Shown here piece by piece: positions 26,534 to 35,332 of a stretch of DNA of 49,142 nucleotides. Position numbers and translations under genes: made by a program. Below the pieces are notes generated by a model that worked only from the letters and a program-made list of their open reading frames with translations, was not told where the DNA came from and made no database searches. Source of the DNA: Polyangia bacterium (GTDB lineage Bacteria > Myxococcota_A > Polyangia > Fen-1088); assembly GCA_035696485.1 (NCBI GenBank), contig DASRQT010000158.1, forward strand, positions 1-49,142, written 5' to 3'. Within the stretch, counting starts at the first letter, position 1; each line of letters opens with the position of its first letter.

Positions 26534-28093
26534 ATGACGTTACCAACGACGCTGGAGGACTCGCTGCCCCGGCCGCCGCGCTGGTGGGACAGCCTGCGCC
26601 CCGACGCAGGCCCCGAGGTCGCGCGCCTGTTTCACCGCCTGCTGGCGCTGATCTTTGTTGTCGCCTGGTTGTCGCTGGGCGTCCAGGTCCACCTTCTGAT
26701 CGGCCGCGAAGGGTTGTTGCCGCTGGAGGATTTCATCGCCTCGGCGCGTGCGCAAGGGTCGCTGACGTTCTTTGATTTACCGACGCTGTTCTGGTGGGCG
26801 CAAGGCGATGGCGCGCTGACGGCCGGCGTGATCATGGGCGTCCTGTTGTCTCTGGTTGCGTTGGCGGGGCATCGCCCGCAGCTCTGCTTTGCGCTGTCCA
26901 CGTCGCTTTACCTCAGCTACGCGATCGCCTGCCGTCTGTTCCTGAGCTTTCAGTGGGACAACCTGTTGCTCGAATGCGGTCTCCTGGCCTGTTTCCTGCC
27001 GGCACGCCGGCCGGCGCCGCTGGTGATGTTCCTGTTCCGCGTCCTGCTGTTCAAGCTGTACTTCGAGTCAGGGATCGCCAAGTGGCAGTCGCCGCTGCAC
27101 GACTGGCACGACGGCAGCGCCATGACGTTCTATTACGAGACGGCGCCGCTGCCGACGGCGCTGGGCTGGTGGGCGCACAGCCTTCCGACCTGGTGGCATC
27201 GCTTCGAGGGCCGCGCGGCCTTGCTCCTGGAGCTGATCGTCCCGCTGGCGATCTTCGGGACGCGCCGCATGCGGCTTGGCGCCGCGGCCATTCTGACCGC
27301 GTTCCAGATCGCGAACGCGGCGACGGCGAACTACGGGTTCTTCTGTTACCTGTCCGCGGGATTGAACGTCTTCCTGCTGGACGACCGCGACGTGCGACGC
27401 GCCGTCGAGCGCGTGCGCGGATGGCTGCCGCCACGACAGGGTAGGACGCCGTCGCCAGCATCGTCACCGTCACCGGTTGCAGACGCGCTGGCGCGCACGC
27501 GGCGGTATCTGGGGGGCGCTGGCGCGGCGCTCTTCCTGGCAATTTCGCTGATCGAGGGTCTCTTTCATTTCACGGAGCCGGGCCCGACGCTGGCGCGGCT
27601 GACCCCGGTGGCGCAGGTGAATCAGACCTGGCGCCTCATCAACACGTATCACCTGTTCGCGGCCATTACGCGCGAGAGGATCGAACCGGAATTTCAGACG
27701 CTGGATGGCGGGCGTGACCCGCGCGACGAGCCCGCAGATGAGGCATGGCAGCCGCACCACCTGCGCCACAAACCGGGCGACACGAGCCGGCGCCCCGATT
27801 TCGTCGCGCCGCATCAGCCGCGCGTCGACTTCCAGCTGTGGTTTTATGGTCTGTCTTTCGAGCGCCGCGAACCCGCCTATGTCGCCACGTTGATCGAACG
27901 AATGTGCGAAGCTCCCGCCGTGGTTCAACCGCTGTTCGCAGGACCGCTGCCGCTGCACCCACAGGCGGTGCGGATCGTTTACTGGCAATATCACTTCACG
28001 CGCCCCGGCCATCCACTCTCGGCCCGCGACACCGGCGCCTGGTGGACCAGGGATCGAATCAAGACCAGCCGCGCCGTCGTGTGCCCACACTAA
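26534..28093 (+). CDS. lipase maturation factor (LMF1/DUF1222)-like polytopic membrane protein
   Basis: Elements recalled as LMF-family signatures are IFVVAWLSLGVQVHLLIGREGLLP, FQWDNLLLECGLLACFL and HQPRVDFQLWFYGL. The call is from memory, not from a search. Confidence 0.75.
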   Translation: MTLPTTLEDSLPRPPRWWDSLRPDAGPEVARLFHRLLALIFVVAWLSLGVQVHLLIGREGLLPLEDFIASARAQGSLTFFDLPTLFWWAQGDGALTAGVIMGVLLSLVALAGHRPQLCFALSTSLYLSYAIACRLFLSFQWDNLLLECGLLACFLPARRPAPLVMFLFRVLLFKLYFESGIAKWQSPLHDWHDGSAMTFYYETAPLPTALGWWAHSLPTWWHRFEGRAALLLELIVPLAIFGTRRMRLGAAAILTAFQIANAATANYGFFCYLSAGLNVFLLDDRDVRRAVERVRGWLPPRQGRTPSPASSPSPVADALARTRRYLGGAGAALFLAISLIEGLFHFTEPGPTLARLTPVAQVNQTWRLINTYHLFAAITRERIEPEFQTLDGGRDPRDEPADEAWQPHHLRHKPGDTSRRPDFVAPHQPRVDFQLWFYGLSFERREPAYVATLIERMCEAPAVVQPLFAGPLPLHPQAVRIVYWQYHFTRPGHPLSARDTGAWWTRDRIKTSRAVVCPH

Positions 28094-28094
28094 G

Positions 28095-29297
28095 ATGAGA
28101 AAAGCTTCGCTCGGCACGCTGTTTCTGACGGTGTTTCTGGACCTCCTGGGGTTCGGGCTGGTCATCCCGTTTTTGCCCGGCGTCGCGCGCAGCCTGGGCG
28201 CCGGCGATTTTGTCGCGACGCTGCCCGGAGCGGTCTATTCGCTGATGCAGTTCCTGTTCGTCCCCATCTGGGGGCGGCTGTCGGATCGGGTCGGCCGGCG
28301 ACCGGTGTTGCTGGTCAGCATCGCCGCCTCCGCCATCGGCATGACCGGCCTGGGTCTGGCCCAGACCCTCCCCACCCTGTTCATCGCTCGTACCTTCAGC
28401 GGCATCGCGACCGCCAACATCGCCGTCGCCCAGGCTTACATCGCCGACGTCACCCCGCCCGAGGGGCGCGCGCGCGGCATGGGCATCATCGGCATGGCCT
28501 TCGGTCTCGGGTTCATCATCGGTCCCTTCGTCGGGGGCGAGCTGGGACAATTCCACGTCCTCGGACGCGCGGGTGCGCTGCCGTCGTTCGTGGCCGGCGG
28601 CCTGTCGCTGATCAACCTGGTGATGGCATGGCTGACGCTGCCCGAATCACTGCCTCCGGGTTCGCGCGGACAGCCGTCCCACCGTGCAAAGCCGCTGGAC
28701 TGGAAGCAGCTGCGCGCGACCATGGCGCTGCCCGGCCTGGGCGCGGCTCTGGTGATCAACTTCCTGGTGATCTTCTGGTTCGCGGGCATGGAGCAGACCT
28801 TCCGCCTCTTCACCGAGGACAAATTCGGGATGTCCGACGTGCAGACCGGCCGGCTATTCGGCCTGGTCGGTGTGGTTGCGGCCATCGTGCAAGGAGGCCT
28901 CATCGCACGGTTGACGCGGCATTTTGGCGAGGCGAGGCTGGTTCGTGGCGGAATCTGGTTCCAGGCCGCCGCCTTCACGCTGCTGGGGACTTGTCCGCGG
29001 CTGGGGATGCTGTCGGTCCCCGCGCTCTATCTTTCGGCCGCGTTGATCGCCCTCGGTAACGGTCTGGTCACGCCCAGCCTCCCCTCCTATGTATCGCGGC
29101 GAACGCCGCCCGACGCGCAAGGGATGACGCTGGGCTCGCTGCAGTCGGCGTCGGCGCTGGCGCGTGTGCTGGGCCCGGCTTGCGGGGGTCTGTCTTACGC
29201 GCTCTTGAACCCCAGCGCCCCCTACCTCCTGGGTGCCGCCGGAATGGTGGTCGCCGCGGCCGTCGCCATGCGCCTGCAGGACAAACGCGACGGGTGA
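28095..29297 (+). CDS. MFS transporter (12-TM, drug:H+ antiporter-like)
   Basis: The MFS motif A-like sequence is GRLSDRVGRRPVLL, within a polytopic profile. The start lies 1 nt after the upstream stop. Confidence 0.9.
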   Translation: MRKASLGTLFLTVFLDLLGFGLVIPFLPGVARSLGAGDFVATLPGAVYSLMQFLFVPIWGRLSDRVGRRPVLLVSIAASAIGMTGLGLAQTLPTLFIARTFSGIATANIAVAQAYIADVTPPEGRARGMGIIGMAFGLGFIIGPFVGGELGQFHVLGRAGALPSFVAGGLSLINLVMAWLTLPESLPPGSRGQPSHRAKPLDWKQLRATMALPGLGAALVINFLVIFWFAGMEQTFRLFTEDKFGMSDVQTGRLFGLVGVVAAIVQGGLIARLTRHFGEARLVRGGIWFQAAAFTLLGTCPRLGMLSVPALYLSAALIALGNGLVTPSLPSYVSRRTPPDAQGMTLGSLQSASALARVLGPACGGLSYALLNPSAPYLLGAAGMVVAAAVAMRLQDKRDG

Positions 29298-29335
29298 GCC
29301 CACCTGCCCGGCCGGCGCCCCTGCTTGCGTCCCGC

Positions 29336-30295
29336 TTATTTGCCTTTGCCCTTTGCCGGACCCTGGGTCTCTTCGCGACGAACGCAGACCCGGTTTCGCC
29401 CCGAAAGTTTGGCCTCGTACATCGCCTTGTCGGCGGCCGCCAGGAAACCGGCGTCGTCCTTGATCGACGCATCAGGGATCGCGGCGACCCCGAGGCTGAT
29501 GGTGACCGGCAGGTTCTTGCCACCGAAGGTGAACGTGCGCGTTTCGACCGTCGTGCGCAGCCGTTCGGCCACGATCATCGCCCCCGGCAGATCCGTCCCG
29601 CGACACAACAGCGTGAACTCCTCGCCGCCGAAACGCGCCAGCACGTCCTCGGTGCGAACCAGCGATCCCAGCATCGCCGACAGTTCGGTCAGGACGAAGT
29701 CTCCCGCCGGGTGGCCATGCGTGTCGTTGATCTTCTTGAAGTGATCGATGTCGACGAAGATCAGCGACAGCGCGGTGTTGTGGCGCGCTGAATACGAGAA
29801 CTCCTTGTCGAGCGTGTCGGTGAAATGCTTCTTGTTGAACACCTTCGTCAGCCCATCGCGCAGCGCAGATTCGAACATCTGGCGCTGGAACACCTCGTCC
29901 AGGTAGTCGTGAAAGGTGAACCGCAGGATGGTCGTCGACCCGACCATGATCTTGTCACCGTCGGTGAGCTCGCGTTTGTCCACGCGCACGCCGTTGCAGA
30001 AGGTGCCGTTTGTCGAGCCCATATCCTGCAGGAAAACCTTCTCGCCTTCGAACACCACCTGGCAGTGCTCGCGCGAGACGCCCTCGTCGTTGAGCCGCAA
30101 CGTCGTCTTCTGTCCGCGGCCGATGACCGTCCTCTCGGTCTGGACCTTGAACATCTCGCCCGCGCTGACTCCCGACAACACGACCAGATAGGCGCGGTTG
30201 CGTTTGGTGTCCCCGTCGGTCTCTGGGGGAGAAGCCGGCTGGGTGCGCGTATTCTGACGTTTGGGGGACTCTTCCTCCCCTGCCATGTCCTGCAT
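29336..30295 (-). CDS. FHA domain + GGDEF diguanylate cyclase
   Basis: The FHA region is VIGRGQKTTLRLNDEGVSREHCQVVF...GSTNGTFCNGVRV. The GGDEF region has DIDHFKKINDTHGHPAGD and FGGEEF. The start is 30295, 30286, or the track's TTG at 30313. Confidence 0.9.
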   Translation of the reverse strand: MQDMAGEEESPKRQNTRTQPASPPETDGDTKRNRAYLVVLSGVSAGEMFKVQTERTVIGRGQKTTLRLNDEGVSREHCQVVFEGEKVFLQDMGSTNGTFCNGVRVDKRELTDGDKIMVGSTTILRFTFHDYLDEVFQRQMFESALRDGLTKVFNKKHFTDTLDKEFSYSARHNTALSLIFVDIDHFKKINDTHGHPAGDFVLTELSAMLGSLVRTEDVLARFGGEEFTLLCRGTDLPGAMIVAERLRTTVETRTFTFGGKNLPVTISLGVAAIPDASIKDDAGFLAAADKAMYEAKLSGRNRVCVRREETQGPAKGKGK

Positions 30296-30362
30296 CCTAA
30301 CCTGAATGAGCAACGAATATTAGCGATCCGGGACCAGGATCACCGTCGGCAGAGGGACGACG

Positions 30363-30845
30363 TCAGCTGCGGCGGCGTTTGCCGCTGGCCGGATCGATTC
30401 GCCAGCGCAGGCGTCCCGGTCCGTCGGGGCCGCCTTCAAGGCGAATGCGAATCGCCTCCATCTTGCGTAGTGCGGGAAAACTCACAGTTCCCAACAGCAC
30501 CGCACATATGCCCGACAGAATTGGCTCATGAGCCACCAGGGCGACCGACGGGGCATCCCCCAGTCCCCGCAGCAGCGTCCGCACGCCGGCGGCGGTGGCG
30601 TCGGGCACCAGCGCGCGGTCGACGATGATCGGCTCCCGGCTGCCCATGGCGGCGGCCACGATCTCGGCGGTCTGAACGGCGCGGATCAGGGGACTTGTGA
30701 CGATTACGCGAAAGTGGACACCGTGGCGGGCCAGCGCCCGGCCCACCCGCCGCGCTTCCGTCCGGCCGCGTTTGGTCAGCGCGCGCTCGCTGTCGGTCGG
30801 GGCGTGGTCCTCGGCCTCCCCGTGACGGATCAGCGTGACCCGCAT
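30363..30845 (-). CDS. sixA: phosphohistidine phosphatase SixA-type (histidine phosphatase superfamily)
   Basis: Recognisable elements are MRVTLIRHGEAE, SPLIRAVQTAEIV and VALVAHEP. At 160 aa it has the typical length. Confidence 0.75.
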   Translation of the reverse strand: MRVTLIRHGEAEDHAPTDSERALTKRGRTEARRVGRALARHGVHFRVIVTSPLIRAVQTAEIVAAAMGSREPIIVDRALVPDATAAGVRTLLRGLGDAPSVALVAHEPILSGICAVLLGTVSFPALRKMEAIRIRLEGGPDGPGRLRWRIDPASGKRRRS

Positions 30846-30857
30846 GGCCCCCCTCGG

Positions 30858-31532
30858 TTACCGGCCGTGATCGCTGTCGGGCGCAACGCCCAGCCCGGCG
30901 TCGGGTGATGCGGCGCCCGTGTCACCGGGGCCCGAAGGGAGACGGTCGGATTCGGGCGACGGCACCGCCAGCCCCTGGGGTCCGGGAGCCGCCTCGCCAG
31001 CGACCGAGGGCGGCGTGGTGGCGGCCGGCGTGGCAGTCGGCGCCGAGGGCGCGGCCGCTGCCGGCACGGGCGTCGGCGCGGGGCCGGGATCGATACCGTG
31101 TTTCTTGAGGACGCCGAGGTAGTGCTCCTTTTCGGCGATGGCCGCCAGCAGCCGCTGGCGCATGGTATCGTTGTTCTGCTTGAGTCGAGAGATCTCGGAC
31201 AGGTCGCGCTGCCGCGTCGAATCGACCTTGGCTGCCCGCGAGAAGGCCTTCAAGAACTCGGCCTGAGTCATTTCGGCCATCGGCCCGGCCCGATAGCGAC
31301 CGACATCGGCCTTCTCAAGATAGCCTTCCACCGCCAACCCCAGCAGCGCCTTGGAGACGCCCGGCTCGCCGGCGCCTATGGCCAGCGCGACGTCCACCGG
31401 CGTGAACGCGTCGTTGGTCCCCGCCAGGCGCTTGAGCTCATCGAAGAGCTCCTGCCGGTCGACCTTGGCTCCCGCGTCGCTCCCTCCACCGAAGGAACTC
31501 TTGCCACCGGACGCGCTACGTTTAAGGCTCAT
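30858..31532 (-). CDS. hypothetical protein (possible winged-helix N-terminus, coiled coil, Pro/Ala-rich tail)
   Basis: The ORF has coding-like composition and sits in tight spacing between lgt and sixA. I recognise no motif. Confidence 0.6.
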   Translation of the reverse strand: MSLKRSASGGKSSFGGGSDAGAKVDRQELFDELKRLAGTNDAFTPVDVALAIGAGEPGVSKALLGLAVEGYLEKADVGRYRAGPMAEMTQAEFLKAFSRAAKVDSTRQRDLSEISRLKQNNDTMRQRLLAAIAEKEHYLGVLKKHGIDPGPAPTPVPAAAAPSAPTATPAATTPPSVAGEAAPGPQGLAVPSPESDRLPSGPGDTGAASPDAGLGVAPDSDHGR

Positions 31533-31618
31533 CGAGGCATTCTCCTTAGTCCCTGACGGCCAGCCTTATACCACCATCGGCGGCCGCTCGAAACCCAAGG
31601 GGTGCCCAGCCCGAAGGG

Positions 31619-32749
31619 TCAGCGACGCTTTCGCCGCTTGCCGCCGGGGCCGCGCCCGCCATCGCCCGACGACGACGCGGGTCCGGCGACGCCGGTGGCA
31701 AACGCCGGTTGCTCCCACAGCCGCAAGGACTGCGGGTCCTTGCGATGGCGCCTGATGAGATACACCAGCAACGCCAGCCCCAGCCCCACGGTCACGATGC
31801 CGATGAACTGCGACGTCGACAGCGGTCCAACGCTGCCGCGCTGGCCGTCGTCGCGAACCAGCTCGATGAGGGGGCGCAGGCTGCCATAGCCCAGCACCCA
31901 TCCCAGAAACACCTGCCCCGAGAAGGTCCGTCGTCGCCGCAGCAGCATCAAGACGCCGAACAGAAACAGGCCGACCAATGATTCGTAGATCTGGGTCGGG
32001 TGCACGGGATAGGACTGGAGCGCGTCGCGCGGCAGCCCGAAATCCTGCACGTGATGCTGCCAGGCGGGGCTTCCATTGGGTGACATGGGGCTCGGACCCG
32101 GGAACGTGATCGCCCAGGGCAGGTCGCTGCGCCCGCCGAAATCGCAGCCGAACAGCAGGCAGCCGACCCGGGTGATGGCCGTGCCCAGCACCACCGACGG
32201 CGCGGCCATGTCGGCCCACTGCAGCAGCGGAACCTTCCGTTTACGGCAGCCGTACCAGCTGGCAAGGAATCCGCCGATCATGCCGCCGTAGGCGACCAGA
32301 CCGCCGCGGTTGACCATGAAGACCTCGGTCAGCCGCTCGAAGTCCGACAGGTTGGTGAAGACGTACAGCAGGCGCGCGCCGATGATCGACCAGACCGCCG
32401 ACCACATGTACAGGGCCCCCGCGTCCTCGGTCCGCACGCCGTCCTGCTTGGCGAAGCGCATGGCCAGGAACCAGCCCACGATCAGCGACGTGCCCAGCAT
32501 CACGCCGTACGCGTAGATCGGCACCGGCGTCCACGGCTGGGCGAACCCGGCCGCCGCCGGCACCCAGGACCCTGATTTCAGGCCCAGCAGGATCTCGGCT
32601 CCGGCCAGCAGATACAGCGGCGTCGAGCTCCAGGGCGTCTTGGGCTCGCGCCGGCGCCGGACGAGGTCGCGCACCACGGCGGCCACCGCCAGAGCCAGCA
32701 GGACGACCAGCAGAGCCTTGGACGGAATGTTGATCAGGATCGGCCGCAT
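31619..32749 (-). CDS. lgt: prolipoprotein diacylglyceryl transferase with ~70-aa N-terminal extension and basic C-terminal tail
   Basis: Lgt signatures are IYAYGVMLGTSLIVGWFLA, GGLVAYGG and HPTQIYESL. Its 376 aa compare with about 270-290 aa in typical Lgt proteins. Confidence 0.9.
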   Translation of the reverse strand: MRPILINIPSKALLVVLLALAVAAVVRDLVRRRREPKTPWSSTPLYLLAGAEILLGLKSGSWVPAAAGFAQPWTPVPIYAYGVMLGTSLIVGWFLAMRFAKQDGVRTEDAGALYMWSAVWSIIGARLLYVFTNLSDFERLTEVFMVNRGGLVAYGGMIGGFLASWYGCRKRKVPLLQWADMAAPSVVLGTAITRVGCLLFGCDFGGRSDLPWAITFPGPSPMSPNGSPAWQHHVQDFGLPRDALQSYPVHPTQIYESLVGLFLFGVLMLLRRRRTFSGQVFLGWVLGYGSLRPLIELVRDDGQRGSVGPLSTSQFIGIVTVGLGLALLVYLIRRHRKDPQSLRLWEQPAFATGVAGPASSSGDGGRGPGGKRRKRR

Positions 32750-32774
32750 GCGCGCCGAAACCTAGCATCTCAAT

Positions 32775-32844
32775 CGGGACCCTGAAAGGGTCCCGCGCGC
32801 CCCGCGATGAGCTCGGGCAGGCAAAGCCTGCCCTCCCTCACGCG
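32775..32844. repeat. copy A of a ~70-bp double-hairpin intergenic element
   Basis: Hairpin 1 is CGGGACCC-TGAAA-GGGTCCCG. Hairpin 2 is CGCG(A)TGAG-CTC-GGGCAGGC-AAA-GCCTGCCC-TCC-CTCACGCG. A near-identical copy lies at 48043..48111. Confidence 0.75.
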
Positions 32845-32868
32845 ATCGGGCCCCTTCCTAGGTGTTTC

Positions 32869-34806
<1,938 letters not shown>

Positions 34807-34945
34807 GTGCGGGGTCCCTTCGAGTTCGCGTTGGCGTGAAATGCGGCGTGAAATTCTAAATGATTACGGGGCGTTAATTTCAAGCTCCGGTATCGCAGCT
34901 AACGTAAGCACCAGGGGGTGAGCGTCAAGCAAATCGACACTAGAC

Positions 34946-35011
34946 GGGGGCGTGGCTCGCTGCCGCTCGCACGCCCCCGGTCCCCCCTCGCTCCGCGCGG
35001 CAAAGCCGCGC
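34946..35011 (-). terminator. two G/C hairpins downstream of the small minus-strand ORF (possible U-tract-less terminator)
   Basis: The first is GGGGGCGTG-N15-CACGCCCCC (34946..34978). The second is GCGCGGC-AAA-GCCGCGC (34995..35011). Neither is followed by a clear T-run. Confidence 0.3.
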
Positions 35012-35038
35012 TGCACTCGCTTCGCAAGTACAGCGGGC

Positions 35039-35203
35039 TTAGCGGGTATTTTTCAGCTTGTTCGCGAGCACTGTCTTCGCGGTCAGGCCCAGCGACGCCT
35101 TGCCGGGGCGCGCCCACGCGACCGCGGCGAAGGTGGCGGCGCCGAAAGTCACCAGCACGGCCAGTGCGATGAGACCTCGCCCCAACTCCTTGTTGAGTCG
35201 CAT
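35039..35203 (-). CDS. candidate 54-aa small membrane protein (MRLNKELGRGLIALAVLVTFGAATFAAVAWARPGK...)
   Basis: About 85% of third positions are G/C by my count. It has one clear TM helix flanked by basic residues and a TAA stop followed by hairpins. No convincing Shine-Dalgarno sequence is present. The track buries it inside a 275-aa antisense ORF. Confidence 0.4.
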   Translation of the reverse strand: MRLNKELGRGLIALAVLVTFGAATFAAVAWARPGKASLGLTAKTVLANKLKNTR

Positions 35204-35332
35204 GCGCGCAGTTGTATCAGAGTTCCAAACATTGAACAGAATCATCATCAGGCCGCATCGAGGCCGCCCCTGCGGGATAGAAAGAGCCCGTCGAGCTTGC
35301 TCGCCGCGATCCCACCCGACTATACTGAACAA

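Noticed and set aside
34860-34890. Canonical sigma-32 heat-shock promoter for dnaK
   Set aside because: CTTGAAA is present, but the CCCC(G)T element follows after only about 6-7 nt instead of 13-17. The sigma-70-type -10 candidates also have awkward spacing. No confident promoter call is possible.
34952-35332. 127-aa N-terminal extension of the lhr ORF in the track
   Set aside because: The extension has no helicase similarity, a poor coding pattern and A/T-rich stretches. It overlaps the hairpins and the small minus-strand ORF. The canonical Lhr N-terminus begins at the ATG at 35333.
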